A stretch of 64,000 bases of DNA from Kofleriaceae bacterium (GCA_046597055.1 JBKJLC010000037.1:64001-128000); one strand, 5' to 3'; shown: positions 29,110 to 39,659, counted from the stretch's first letter. Notes: a model not told the origin generated them from the sequence alone. A program made the numbers and translations.

Positions 29110-30216
29110 ATGGAACTGCTCTATCTCGGGTTCATCGCGTTCATCCTGGCGCTGCTCGCGCTCGACCTCGGCGTCTTTCACCGGACCGCGCACGTCGTGC
29201 GGGTGAAAGAAGCGCTGGCCTGGTCGGCCGTGTGGATCTCGCTCGGGCTCGCCTTCGCCGGCTTCATCTACGCCGGCTACGAGCATCGATGGTTCGGGCT
29301 CGGCACCGGGACCGACACGATGGTGACGCCGACCGTGGGCGCCGACGGCGTGGTCGTCTACAACGACGGCGCCTCCGCCACGATCAAGTACCTCACCGGC
29401 TACCTCGTCGAGAAATCGCTCGCGGTCGACAACATCTTCGTCATCGCGATGATCTTCGGCTTCTTCGGCGTGCCGGCCATGTACCAGCACCGGGTGCTGT
29501 TCTGGGGCATCGCGGGCGCGCTGCTCATGCGCGGCGCCATGATCGCGGTCGGCGCGGCGCTGATCGTGCGCTTCTCCTGGATCGTCTACGTGTTCGGCGG
29601 GTTCCTGGTGCTGACCGGCGTGAAGATGCTGCTGCTGCGCGGCGCGGCCGCGGACCTCGACCAGAACCCGGTCGTGCGCCTGGTGCGGCGCCTGCTTCCG
29701 GTGACCGAGCGCTACCACGGCGAGAAGTTCGTGGTCCGGGCCGGCTCCGCCGCCAGCCGGGCCCCTGCCACCCCAGGTGCGCCGGTCGAGCGCGATCGCG
29801 TGGTCGAGGCCGCCCGCACCGGCGCGCTGCTGGTGACGCCGCTGTTCCTCGCCCTCGTGCTGGTCGAGCTCACCGATGTGATCTTCGCGGTCGACTCGAT
29901 CCCGGCGATCTTCGCGATCACGACCGACCCGTTCCTGGTCTTCACCAGCAACGTCTTCGCGATCCTGGGCCTGCGCAGCCTGTACTTCGCGCTGGCCGGC
30001 GCGATCGACTCGTTCCGGTACCTCAAGGCCGCGCTCGCGTTCGTCCTGATCGTGATCGGCGTCAAGATGCTGACCCACGCGTGGCTCAAGGCGTGGCTCG
30101 GCGCGAGCTTCAACTTCTACGTGCTCGGCGTCGTCGGCGGGATCATCGCGATCGGCGTCGTCGCCTCGCTGGTGGCGCGTCGAAGGATGGTCGGCGCTGG
30201 CTCGGTGGTGCCGTGA
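29110..30216 (+). CDS. TerC/Alx family metal-homeostasis membrane protein
   Basis: GYLVEKSLAVDNIFV, QHRVLFWGI, DVIFAVDSIPAIFAIT, SNVFAILGLRSLYF. Confidence 0.92.
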   Translation: MELLYLGFIAFILALLALDLGVFHRTAHVVRVKEALAWSAVWISLGLAFAGFIYAGYEHRWFGLGTGTDTMVTPTVGADGVVVYNDGASATIKYLTGYLVEKSLAVDNIFVIAMIFGFFGVPAMYQHRVLFWGIAGALLMRGAMIAVGAALIVRFSWIVYVFGGFLVLTGVKMLLLRGAAADLDQNPVVRLVRRLLPVTERYHGEKFVVRAGSAASRAPATPGAPVERDRVVEAARTGALLVTPLFLALVLVELTDVIFAVDSIPAIFAITTDPFLVFTSNVFAILGLRSLYFALAGAIDSFRYLKAALAFVLIVIGVKMLTHAWLKAWLGASFNFYVLGVVGGIIAIGVVASLVARRRMVGAGSVVP

Positions 30217-30227
30217 CGCCGGCGCCG

Positions 30228-31142
30228 TCAGCGTGGCGCGAGTCGAGCGAACAGGTCGCCGCGGGCCGCATCGCGGATCGCGAGCACCGCCGGGTGGACC
30301 AGGCGGCGCTCGGCGGAGATCGCGTAGAAGCGTTCCTTGACGGCCTCGACCCGGCCCACCGGGACCAGGTCGTAGCGGGTCCGCACCACGTCGATCACGA
30401 CGGTCGGGACGAACACCATCCCCATCCCGTCGGCCGCGAACGCCTTGAGCAAGGCGCTGTCCTCCGCCTCGGCCAGGATGCGCGGCCTCACCCCGATCGA
30501 GGCGAACCATGCGTCGAGGTTGCGGCGCAACGCCGAGCCCTCGAGCGGCAGGAGCAGCGGTGCCCCCTCGAGCGACGCCGGAAAGTCGCGGCGGAACGTC
30601 CGGGCCAGGCCCACCGGGCCGACCAGCGTCACGTCGCAGCCGCCGAGGAGATGATGGAAGGCCTTGATCGTGGACGCCGGCGGGACCGGGGCATCCGCGA
30701 TCACCAGGTCGAGCGTGTGCGCCGCCAGCTCGACCAGCAGGCGGTCGAAGCGGTCCTCGCGACAGACCAGCGCGACGGCGGTCGGCCCTTCGAAGGCGGG
30801 CGCCAGGAGCGTGCGCACGAGCAGCTTGGGCACGACGTCCGAGATGCCGACCACCAGCCGGCGCGGCCGGTCACCCGGTCGATCCCGCAGCACCTCCTGC
30901 AGCTCGCGGCCGAGCCCGAAGATCTCGTCGGCGTAGCGGTAGGTAACCCGGCCCATCTCGGTCAGCTCGAGGCGTCGGCCACGCTTCTGGAACAGCTCGA
31001 GCCCGAGCGCCTCTTCGAGCTTGCCGATCTGCCCGCTCAGGGTGGGGGCCGACAGGCGCAGGAGCTTGCCGGCCGGGGCCAGCCCACCTTCCCGAGCCAC
31101 GACCCAGAAGTAGAGTAGATGGTGGTAGTTGAGCCATTCCAT
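30228..31142 (-). CDS. nhaR: LysR-family transcriptional activator, NhaR-like
   Basis: MEWLNYHHLLYFW N-terminus, YADEIF..G.EL, EDSALLKAF, FYAISAERRLVHPAV. Confidence 0.85.
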   Translation of the reverse strand: MEWLNYHHLLYFWVVAREGGLAPAGKLLRLSAPTLSGQIGKLEEALGLELFQKRGRRLELTEMGRVTYRYADEIFGLGRELQEVLRDRPGDRPRRLVVGISDVVPKLLVRTLLAPAFEGPTAVALVCREDRFDRLLVELAAHTLDLVIADAPVPPASTIKAFHHLLGGCDVTLVGPVGLARTFRRDFPASLEGAPLLLPLEGSALRRNLDAWFASIGVRPRILAEAEDSALLKAFAADGMGMVFVPTVVIDVVRTRYDLVPVGRVEAVKERFYAISAERRLVHPAVLAIRDAARGDLFARLAPR

Positions 31143-31173
31143 GGGTCGGTCGCGCACCCTAGCGCACCCGGCC

Positions 31174-32043
31174 TCATGGCGAGGTACCGGTCCGGGCCCA
31201 CACGGCGACGTGATCGCGAATGTAGTCCGCGACGGTTCGCGGCGGGTGGCCGAGCAGGCGGGCCAGCGTCGGATCGATGCGCCGCTCGTCGGCACGACGG
31301 AGTTCGGTATGGAGGACGGTCTGGACCAGGGCCTGCTTCCACGGCAGGTCGCGCCGCTTGCGGAGGTGGCGCAGGTAGCCGACGATGCTCGCGGGTTGGT
31401 ACGTGATGGCTCGTCCAAGATGGAGCGTCAGGAGCGCGGCCACCTCGGCGAAGCTGGCGACGGCCGCCCCCGTCAGCGTGTAGCCGGCGCCGGCGTGCGG
31501 CGCCGGGTTGGCGAACACGTCGGCCGCGACGGTCGCGATGTCACGGACATCGACCCAGGCAACCCGGCCGCGGCCACACGGGACATGGAGCCGGTCGTCC
31601 TCACGGATGTCCCGGCGGTACGCGTCGCCCAGGTTCTGCGCGAAGAAGCCTGGGCGGAGGAACGTCCACGCCGTGGTCGTGGCGCGCAGGTGGCGCTCGG
31701 TCGCGTGGTGGGGCACCAGCGGATTGCGGGCAGCGCCGGCGACGGACAGGAAGACGATCTGCGTGTGGCCGGCCGCGATGGCCGCGTCGATCAGGGGATG
31801 GAGGGTCTCGGCGACGTCCGCGATGGCGGGTGGCCGGAGCAGGAACATCGCATCGCAGCCCGCGACCGCCGCCGGATAGGTCGTCGGCTTCCGCAAGTCG
31901 AGGACGGTCCGGTCAGGCGCGTGGACCTCGATCCCGCGTGTCTCGAGCGCGCGTGCGACCTGACGACCCACGTTGCCGCTCGCGCCGACGATCAGGACGC
32001 GGCGCGCGGGTCGTGAGGTGCGGAGCTCGGCGGTCGGTGGCAT
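31174..32043 (-). CDS. NmrA-like NAD(P)H-binding protein (atypical SDR)
   Basis: GASGNVG, LRPGFFAQN, VDVRDIA. Confidence 0.85.
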   Translation of the reverse strand: MPPTAELRTSRPARRVLIVGASGNVGRQVARALETRGIEVHAPDRTVLDLRKPTTYPAAVAGCDAMFLLRPPAIADVAETLHPLIDAAIAAGHTQIVFLSVAGAARNPLVPHHATERHLRATTTAWTFLRPGFFAQNLGDAYRRDIREDDRLHVPCGRGRVAWVDVRDIATVAADVFANPAPHAGAGYTLTGAAVASFAEVAALLTLHLGRAITYQPASIVGYLRHLRKRRDLPWKQALVQTVLHTELRRADERRIDPTLARLLGHPPRTVADYIRDHVAVWARTGTSP

Positions 32044-32137
32044 GGGCAGGATGCAGGGGCAGGGTGTGATGGAGTCGCCTGGACCTGGCGCGGGCGCCGA
32101 GATGCTACCTCGGCTCGACCCCTGGCCCGGGCGACGG

Positions 32138-35100
32138 TCATGCCGGGGGAGACGCGGCGGTGGCCGGCGGCAGCGTGCGGTGGCGCTGCCGGAGGCGCAG
32201 CTGGATCGCCCGCGCGGTCACGTAGAGGGTCGGCACGATCAGCAAGGTCATCAGCAGCAGCGTCACCAGGCCGCCGATCATCGGTGAGGCGATCCGCTGG
32301 GTGACGTCGGCGCCGGCGCCGCTCGACAGCATGATCGGCGCCAGGCCGACCAGGTTCATGCCCACGGTCATGAGCATCGGACGCACCCGCAGGACCGCGC
32401 CCTCGAGCGCACACGCGACCAGGTCCGGGACCGTGCGGATGGCCCCGGCGGCGAGCGCGCGCCGGTAGGCTTGCTCGAGATACACGACCATCATGGAGGC
32501 CGTCTCGGCGGCGATCCCGATCAGCGCGATCATCCCGACCCACACGGCGATGCTGGTGTTGAAGTCGAGGACATAGAGCAGCCAGAAGCTGCCGACCACC
32601 GCGAACGGCGCCGAGGTCATGACGAGGAACGACAGCCCGATCGAGCGAAACTGGAAGTACAGGAGGCCCATCACGAGCAGCAGCGTGATCGGGATGAGGA
32701 TCCGCATGCGGCGCTCGACGCGCTCGAGGAGCTCGAACTGACCCGTCCACTGCAGCCGGTAACCGGCCGGCAGGGGCAGGTCGGCGACGGCCTGCTTGGC
32801 CCGGGCGACGTAGCCGCCGAGGTCGTCGTCGCTGGTATCGATGAACACGTAGCCGACCAGCGAGCCATTCTCGTCCTTGATCATCGCGGGCCCGGCCCGC
32901 ACGGTGAACGTGCCGAGCTGCGCCATCGGCACCTGACCTGAAGCGGCGCCCCGCGCACCTGGCGAACTGGCTGCCATCCCGGTCATGCCGTCGGCCGGCG
33001 CGGTCCCGGCCGCGCCGGTGCGGACCGGCACCAGCACGCGCGCGAGCGTGTCGAGGCTGCCGCGCAGGTCGCGGGCATAGCGCACGTTGACGGTGAACCG
33101 CTGGCGACCCTCGACCGTCTGGTCGATCACCATCCCACCGATCGCGGTCTCGACCATCGCCAGCACGTCCTGGACCCGGAGCCCGTACCGCGCGATCGCG
33201 CGCCGGTCGGGGGCGAAGTCCAGGTAGGTGCCCTGGGTCTCGCGGTCGGCGTAGACGCTGCGGGTGCCCGGCACGTCGCGCAGCCGCCGCTCGATCTCCA
33301 GCCCGACCCGCTCGATCTGGGCGAGGTCGTCGCCGAAGACCTTGATGCCGACCGGGGTCCGGATGCCGGTGGTCAGCATGTCGATGCGTGCCCTGATCGG
33401 CATCGTCAGCGCACCCTGGATGCCCGGCAGGTCGAGCGCGGCCACGAGCTCGCGCTCGAGCCGGGCGCGGGTCATCCCGGCTCGCCAGCGCGCGCGGGGA
33501 TGGAGCACGATCACCGTCTCGAACATCGACAGGGGCGCCGGATCCGTGGCGGTGTCGGCGCGCCCGGCCTTGCCCATCACCGAGCGCACCTCGGGAAACT
33601 CGGCCAGGACCTGGTCCTGCCGCTGCAACAGGTCCCGGGCCTGCTCGATCGAGATGTTGGGGAACGTCACGGGCATGTAGAGGAAGGCGCCCTCGTCGAG
33701 CGGCGGCATGAACTCGGCGCCGATCCGTCGCGCCGGCCAGAGCGCCGAGGCGACCAGGGCGACCGCGACCAGGAGCACCGCGAGCCGGAACCGCAGACAG
33801 CACCGGAGGACCGGCCGGTACAGCGCGATCGCCAGCCGGTTGATCGGGTTGGCCCGCTCGGGTCGGATCCGGCCGCGGATGCACAGCACCATCAGCGCCG
33901 GCACGATCGTGACCGACAGGATCGCGGCCGCGGTCATCGCGAACGTCTTGGTGTACGCGAGCGGGGAGAACAGCCGCCCCTCCTGGGCCTCGAGCGCGAA
34001 CACCGGCAGGAACGCGACCGCGATGATCAGCAGCGATGCGAAGATCGGGCGAGCCAGCTCCCGGCAGGCCTCGATGATGAGCTCGGTGCGGCGGGCCGGC
34101 GCCGAGCCCTCGAGCCGGCGGTGGGCGTTCTCGATCAGCACCACGGTGGCGTCGACCATGTCGCCGACCGCGATGATGATCCCGCCGAGCGACATGATGT
34201 TGAGGCTGACGCCGGCGGCCCGGGTCGCGATGAACGCCGCCAGCACCGCGAGCGGCAGCGTCACGATCGCGACCAGCGCGCTGCGCACGTGGAGCAAGAA
34301 CAGGCCGATGAACAGCAGGACGACGATCAGCTCCTCGGTGAGCGCGACCCCCAACGTGTCGATCGAGGCCCGGATCAGCTCCGAGCGGTCATAGGCGATC
34401 TCGACCTCGATCCCGGCCGGCATCGACGGCGCGATCTCGCGCAGGCGCTGCTTGACCCGGTCGGTCACCTCGAGCGCGTTCTCGCCGCTGCGCATCACGA
34501 CGATGCCGCCGACCGCCTCGCCCTGGCCGTTCCATTCGAGCAGCCCGCGCCGGATCTCGGGCCCGATCTCGACCCGGGCGACGTTGCCGATCCGGACCGG
34601 CGTCCCGTCGTCGCCGACCTTGACCACCGCCTCTTCGAGATCCTCCTTGCGCTTCACGTAGCCGAGCCCGCGGAAGACGTACTCACGGCCGGCCCACTCG
34701 AGGACCCGGCCCCCGACGTCACCGTTGCTGGCGCGGGCGGCGTCGATCACGTCGGCGACCGCCACGCCGAACGAGGCGAGGCGAGCCGGGTCGACCACGA
34801 TCTGGTACTGCTTCTCGAAGCCGCCGACCGACGCGACCTCGGCGACCCCGGGCACGCTGGCCAGCGCGTAGCGCAGGTTGAAGTCCTGGAACGCCCGCAG
34901 CTCCTGCAGGTCGTGTTGCCCGGTCCGGTCGACCAGCACGTACTGGAAGATCCAGCCCGACCCGGTCGCGTCGGGGCCCAGGGTCGGGACCACGCCGGGC
35001 GGCAGCTTGCCGGCCGCGTTGGCGAGGTACTCGAGCGTGCGCGAGCGCGCCCAGTACGGATCGGTGCCGTCCTCGAAGATCACGTAGACGAAGCTCATGC

Positions 35101-35365
35101 CGAACATGGAGGCGCCGCGGACGGACTTCACGCGGGGCGCCGAGATGAAGCTGGTCACCAGCGGGTAGGTGATCTGATCCTCGACCAGCTGCGGGCTGCG
35201 ACCCATCCACTCGGTCCACACGATGACCTGGGTGTCGGTCAGGTCGGGGATCGCGTCGATCGGGCTCCGGCCGACGCTGTAGACGCCGACCGCGGCGATC
35301 ACCACGGCTGCCGCGAGCATCAGGCCGACCCGGCGCGCGCACCACTCGACCAGGCGCTCGAACAT
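32138..35365 (-). CDS. cusA: Heavy-metal efflux RND permease, CusA/SilA family
   Basis: IDAIPDLTDTQVIV, VEDQITYP, LGPDATG.GW, EFMPPLDEG, DPAPLSM.ET, RIDMLTTGI. Confidence 0.9.
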   Translation of the reverse strand: MFERLVEWCARRVGLMLAAAVVIAAVGVYSVGRSPIDAIPDLTDTQVIVWTEWMGRSPQLVEDQITYPLVTSFISAPRVKSVRGASMFGMSFVYVIFEDGTDPYWARSRTLEYLANAAGKLPPGVVPTLGPDATGSGWIFQYVLVDRTGQHDLQELRAFQDFNLRYALASVPGVAEVASVGGFEKQYQIVVDPARLASFGVAVADVIDAARASNGDVGGRVLEWAGREYVFRGLGYVKRKEDLEEAVVKVGDDGTPVRIGNVARVEIGPEIRRGLLEWNGQGEAVGGIVVMRSGENALEVTDRVKQRLREIAPSMPAGIEVEIAYDRSELIRASIDTLGVALTEELIVVLLFIGLFLLHVRSALVAIVTLPLAVLAAFIATRAAGVSLNIMSLGGIIIAVGDMVDATVVLIENAHRRLEGSAPARRTELIIEACRELARPIFASLLIIAVAFLPVFALEAQEGRLFSPLAYTKTFAMTAAAILSVTIVPALMVLCIRGRIRPERANPINRLAIALYRPVLRCCLRFRLAVLLVAVALVASALWPARRIGAEFMPPLDEGAFLYMPVTFPNISIEQARDLLQRQDQVLAEFPEVRSVMGKAGRADTATDPAPLSMFETVIVLHPRARWRAGMTRARLERELVAALDLPGIQGALTMPIRARIDMLTTGIRTPVGIKVFGDDLAQIERVGLEIERRLRDVPGTRSVYADRETQGTYLDFAPDRRAIARYGLRVQDVLAMVETAIGGMVIDQTVEGRQRFTVNVRYARDLRGSLDTLARVLVPVRTGAAGTAPADGMTGMAASSPGARGAASGQVPMAQLGTFTVRAGPAMIKDENGSLVGYVFIDTSDDDLGGYVARAKQAVADLPLPAGYRLQWTGQFELLERVERRMRILIPITLLLVMGLLYFQFRSIGLSFLVMTSAPFAVVGSFWLLYVLDFNTSIAVWVGMIALIGIAAETASMMVVYLEQAYRRALAAGAIRTVPDLVACALEGAVLRVRPMLMTVGMNLVGLAPIMLSSGAGADVTQRIASPMIGGLVTLLLMTLLIVPTLYVTARAIQLRLRQRHRTLPPATAASPPA

Positions 35366-36507
35366 CAGTGGCCCCCATGGCCGGGTGCCGCGCCGGTCGC
35401 GCGCAGGCGGCTCTCGCTGTCGACCAGGAACTGGGCGCTGACCACGACCCGATCGCCCTCGGCGACCCCGCGCCGGACCTCGGCGCGGCCGCTGACCCGG
35501 CGGCCGACCTCGATCTCGACCGGGCGGAAGCGCCCGGGCTCGACCTCGACATACACGAGCTGGCGGAGGCCGGTGTCGATCACGGCCTCCTCGGGCACCG
35601 TCAGGACCTCGCCGCCGGTCACGGGCAGCTCGACCGTCGCGAAGTTGCCCGGGCGCAGGTCGCCCGTGGGGTTGGCGACCACCATGCGCACCTTCACCGT
35701 GCGGCTGGCCGGGTCGACCGTCGGATAGACGTAGTCGAGCGGCGCGGTGAGCGGCTCGGCCCGGCCTTCGAGCCGGATGGTCGCGATGCCGGTCCGGTCG
35801 ATGCGGCCGAGCTCGTACTCGTAGACCTCGGCGATCACCCAGAGCCGCGACAGATCGGCGATCCGGTACAGCATCATGTCGGGCTCGAGGTAGTGGCCCT
35901 GGACGATGCGCTTCTCGATCACGGTGCCGGTGATCGGCGAGCGCACCGTCACCTTCTCGAGCGGCGCGCCCCGAGCCTCGAGCGCACGGATCTGATCGTC
36001 GGGAATCTCCCACCGGCGGAGCCGCTCGCGCGCGGCCGCGGCCAGCTCGGGGCTGAAGGTCCGCGCCCGCAGGTACTCCTGCTGCGCCACCAGCAGGTCC
36101 TGGGAATAGATGGTGTAGAGAGGCTGGCCGCGCTTGACCCGCTGGCCGACGGCGTTGACGAACAGATCGCGGACGTAGCCCATGATCCGCGAGTGCACGT
36201 GGGCTTCGCGTTGCTCGTCGGTCTGGACGGTGGCGGTGGCGCGCACCACGCCCGCGAGCGTGCCCCGGGTTGCCGGTGCGACCTCGAGACCCATCCGCTG
36301 CTGGCGGTCGGTGGGAATCTCGACCTCGGCGTGGCCGGCGGGCACGCCGCCGTGACCGCCGTGGTCGGCCGGTGCCGGTGCCGGTGCCGGTGCCGGTTGG
36401 GCGGGGCGGGGCTGGTGGCCGGTATGGTCGGTCGGCGCCGGATCCTTGCCGCAGGCCAGCACCAGCACGGCCGCGATCGCCACCGCGGATCGGGCTCCGC
36501 GCTTCAT
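35365..36507 (-). CDS. cusB: RND periplasmic adaptor, CusB family, with His-rich termini
   Basis: LACG lipobox; IYSQDL..AQQEYL, ADLSRLWV, YVYPTVD..SRTVKVR, AQFLVDSES, C-terminal GHGGH. Confidence 0.85.
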   Translation of the reverse strand: MKRGARSAVAIAAVLVLACGKDPAPTDHTGHQPRPAQPAPAPAPAPADHGGHGGVPAGHAEVEIPTDRQQRMGLEVAPATRGTLAGVVRATATVQTDEQREAHVHSRIMGYVRDLFVNAVGQRVKRGQPLYTIYSQDLLVAQQEYLRARTFSPELAAAARERLRRWEIPDDQIRALEARGAPLEKVTVRSPITGTVIEKRIVQGHYLEPDMMLYRIADLSRLWVIAEVYEYELGRIDRTGIATIRLEGRAEPLTAPLDYVYPTVDPASRTVKVRMVVANPTGDLRPGNFATVELPVTGGEVLTVPEEAVIDTGLRQLVYVEVEPGRFRPVEIEVGRRVSGRAEVRRGVAEGDRVVVSAQFLVDSESRLRATGAAPGHGGH

Positions 36508-37718
36508 CGCACGACCGCCAGACCGGCGATGCGGTCGATCTCGAACCGGGTCACGCCGCGGGTGGCGATGGCCTGGATCCGGCGGGCCTCGAGCTCCTGG
36601 AGCGCCATCGTCGCGTCGAGCAGGGCGAGGAAGTCGCCGCGCCCGGCGATGTAGGCGGCCTCGATCGACGCGATCGTCTCGCGCAGCCGGGGAATCGCGA
36701 CGTCCTCGAGCGACGCCACCGTCCGCTCGGCGGCCCGGCTCCGGCTCCACGCCATCCGGGCCTCGGCGCTGGCCATGGCGCGCATCGCGTCCTGCGCGCG
36801 GGCGGCCGCTCGGTCCATCGCCTTGGCCATCGCCACCTCGCTGCGTGGGCGGTCCCACCAGAGCGGGATCCGGATCGCGATCCCGCCGCCGATGCCGTCC
36901 GGCATGCCGCCGGTGTGCTGCTCGTACGCGAGCTCGACCATCACCATGGGCAAGTACATCTTGCGTGCCACCCGCAGCGACGCGGAGGCCTGCGCCCGCA
37001 TCGCCTGGGCGGCCTCCACCTCGGGCGCACCCGCCGCGGCGGCCGCCGTGGTCTCCAGCGATGGCAGCGGTGGCAGGGTCGGTAGCTCGGGCGGTCCGAG
37101 CGCGGCCTCGGGCTCGCGCCCGCGCAGCGTGTTCAGCATCGTGACGATCGCGGCCCGTTCGTCGTCGAGCGAGGCACGCTCGGCCTCCATCGCCGCGATC
37201 TGCGACTCGGCGCGCAGGACGTCGTGGTGTCCCATGTCCATCCCGGCGCGGACCCGCGCCAGCGCCGACTCCTTCATCCGGGCCAGCAGGCCCAGCTGCG
37301 CCGCGAGGACGCGCCGCATCTCGCCGTTCATCCACAGCTCGTAGAAGAGCGCCACCGCGCGCGCCCGCGCATCCCACGCGGTCCGCCGCAGCGCGGCTCG
37401 ATCGCGATCGACCGCCGTCCGCGCGAGGGCTCGGGCGGTGCCGCGACGGCCGAACAGGTTCAGCGGCTGACCGATCCGGTAGGCGATCATCGCGGGCTCG
37501 TCGTGCGCGCGGCCGGGCAACGCAAAGCCTTCGCCCATCACGGACAGCTCGGCATCGTCCCAGGCGCCCGCCACCCCGACCGCGGCCCGGCTGACGTCGA
37601 TCGTGGCTTCCGCGACCGCGACCGCCGGGGCCCGCTGGCCGACCTCTGCGAGGAGCTCGGGGAGCCGGAGCGGGCCCGGCGCCAGCAGGGCAACCAGGAC
37701 GCTGCAGGTGAGGAGCAT
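36504..37718 (-). CDS. TolC-family outer-membrane efflux protein
   Basis: Signal peptide, OEP helical repeats, IPLW, YIAGRGDF; first gene of the cus operon. Confidence 0.8.
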   Translation of the reverse strand: MLLTCSVLVALLAPGPLRLPELLAEVGQRAPAVAVAEATIDVSRAAVGVAGAWDDAELSVMGEGFALPGRAHDEPAMIAYRIGQPLNLFGRRGTARALARTAVDRDRAALRRTAWDARARAVALFYELWMNGEMRRVLAAQLGLLARMKESALARVRAGMDMGHHDVLRAESQIAAMEAERASLDDERAAIVTMLNTLRGREPEAALGPPELPTLPPLPSLETTAAAAAGAPEVEAAQAMRAQASASLRVARKMYLPMVMVELAYEQHTGGMPDGIGGGIAIRIPLWWDRPRSEVAMAKAMDRAAARAQDAMRAMASAEARMAWSRSRAAERTVASLEDVAIPRLRETIASIEAAYIAGRGDFLALLDATMALQELEARRIQAIATRGVTRFEIDRIAGLAVVR

Positions 37719-37730
37719 GGTGACCAGGGC

Positions 37731-37819
37731 AGCAACCGACGTGCCGCTGGCCGCGCACCCAGCAGGCGCGGACCGCGCATCGCCTGCGCTGCGCCCTTGC
37801 CGCCGCGCAACCTCTGCGT
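37731..37819 (-). promoter_or_regulatory. Sigma54 promoter plus two GCGCA-N5-TGCGC boxes for the tolC-cusBA operon
   Basis: CGGCACGTCGGTTGCT (37746-37731); boxes 37775-37789 (perfect) and 37805-37819. Confidence 0.7.
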
Positions 37820-37893
37820 GCATGGCCGCGCCCGGCGCCCGACCGAGCGTTGCCCGGCTCGCGGTGCCCCCTGGACGTCCACGAAGGTGGGCT

Positions 37894-38898
37894 TCATCGT
37901 GGCTCGGGACGACGCACGATCCGTGCGCGCGCCGTGGCCGGCGTCGTGGCCGGCGCGCGCGCCGGGCCGGGCACCGGCCACTGGATGGGGTGGGTGGGCC
38001 GGTAGCCCAGCTCGGCGCGCGCCCGGGTGTCATCGACGATGCCGCCGAGATGGAAGCGGCGGACGTTGAGGTCGTAGCGGAAGTCGAGCCCGACCGTCCG
38101 CGTGCGCAACCGGTACAGCGGGGCCAGCAAGGGGCCGGGCAGGGGCACGTCGTGCCGTCCCCAGCGCGCGATCAGGCGCGTGAGGGGCAGGGTATCGAGG
38201 CCGGCAACGTTGAAGACTCCCTGGGCTGGGCTGGCCAGCGCCAGCGCGACCGCGTCGACGGCATCGGCGAGCGACAGCACGTTGATCATCGGATCGAAGC
38301 CGAGCGGGCGCAGGCACACCCGTGACTGCAGGTAGTCCCACAGCTGGCTGCCGGTGTCCTCGGCGAGGATCTCGGCACAGCGGAGCACGACCACGCCAAA
38401 ACCGGTCAGGCCCATGCGGGCGCACACCGTCAGATCGGCCTCGACCCGGTCGCGGACCCACTGCGGCGTGCGGGGGTCGAGCTCGAGCGGGCCGTCCTCC
38501 TCGAGCAGGTTGGGCTCGCTGGTGCGCAGGGCGTAGACGGCGGCGGTGCTCGGGAAGACGAACCGGCGGAGCGTCGGCAGGCCGCCGCACGCGTGCAGCA
38601 GCGCGCGGGTGACGTCGACGTTGCGCCGGTGGACCTGTGGGCCCTCGTGGCGCGCGCTCCGGTGCAGCGCGGTATGCACGATCGCGTCGATGCCGGCGGC
38701 CCGGGCGGGACCGTGGATCAACGCGTGGACCGCGCGGGGCCGGGTCAGATCGGTCCGCTGGTAGCTCAGGCGGGGCGTGGCCTCGACGCCGGGCTCGACG
38801 CCGACCTCGAGCACGTGCTCGATCGCCGGATCGGCGAGCAAGCGTTGGATGACCGCGGCGCCGAACGGCGCGGTGGCACCGGTGACCATGACCCTCAT
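37894..38898 (-). CDS. NAD-dependent epimerase/dehydratase family protein
   Basis: VMVTGATAPFG, STAAVY, LGFDPM, ARAELGYRP. Confidence 0.8.
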   Translation of the reverse strand: MRVMVTGATAPFGAAVIQRLLADPAIEHVLEVGVEPGVEATPRLSYQRTDLTRPRAVHALIHGPARAAGIDAIVHTALHRSARHEGPQVHRRNVDVTRALLHACGGLPTLRRFVFPSTAAVYALRTSEPNLLEEDGPLELDPRTPQWVRDRVEADLTVCARMGLTGFGVVVLRCAEILAEDTGSQLWDYLQSRVCLRPLGFDPMINVLSLADAVDAVALALASPAQGVFNVAGLDTLPLTRLIARWGRHDVPLPGPLLAPLYRLRTRTVGLDFRYDLNVRRFHLGGIVDDTRARAELGYRPTHPIQWPVPGPARAPATTPATARARIVRRPEPR

Positions 38899-39659
38899 GA
38901 CCGGCGGTCCCGGCGCTCGCCCAGCGCCCGATCGAGCAGGGCGCGCACCGCGTCGTGCACCCGCGTGGCCGCCGCGGCCACGACCCGGGGGTCGTCGGCG
39001 TCGTCGACCGAGTGGCCGCGGTGGAGCGCGATCGGCGCGCCGTAGCGCAGGTGGATGCGGACCGGCAGCGGGACCGGCGACCACGGCACCGGCAGGTAGG
39101 GCGCGCCGAACACGTGCAGGCGGCGGAGGCGCAGCGCCACCGGCCAGCTCTCCTCGGCGCCGACGATCGCGACCGGGATGATCGGCGCGCGGTGACGGAT
39201 CGCGAGCTCGGCGTGACCGACCTGCCAGCGCTGCAGCTGGTAGCGCTCGCGGTATCGCTTGGCGGTCCCGGCCACACCCTCGGGGAAGATCGCCAGCAGC
39301 TCGCCGCGTTCGAGCAGCCGGCGCACGTTGGCCGCGGTGCCGGTGACCACGCCGACCCGCGCGAAGAGCGTGCTCACGAACGGAAGCATGGGAATGAAGC
39401 GGTCGGCGATGGGGCGAACCATCCGCCCGGTGTGGCGCACGATGTCGTGCCACAGCATGGCGCCGTCGACCGGGAGCATGCCGCCGTGGTTGGCGACCAG
39501 GATCGCCGGACCCGACGCCGGCACGTGCTCGCGGCCCTGGGCCTCGACCCGGAAGTAGTGATCGTAGACCGGCGCGACCAGGGCGACGGTGCGGGCGACG
39601 GCGCGCGGATGAAGCCCGAACTCGTCGTACCCGTGCCCGGCGTCGTGGAAGTCGATCAT
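38895..39659 (-). CDS. Lysophospholipid acyltransferase (PlsC-like)
   Basis: GYDEFG, ANHGGMLPVD, FPEG, IIPVAIVGAEE. Confidence 0.88.
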   Translation of the reverse strand: MIDFHDAGHGYDEFGLHPRAVARTVALVAPVYDHYFRVEAQGREHVPASGPAILVANHGGMLPVDGAMLWHDIVRHTGRMVRPIADRFIPMLPFVSTLFARVGVVTGTAANVRRLLERGELLAIFPEGVAGTAKRYRERYQLQRWQVGHAELAIRHRAPIIPVAIVGAEESWPVALRLRRLHVFGAPYLPVPWSPVPLPVRIHLRYGAPIALHRGHSVDDADDPRVVAAAATRVHDAVRALLDRALGERRDRRS

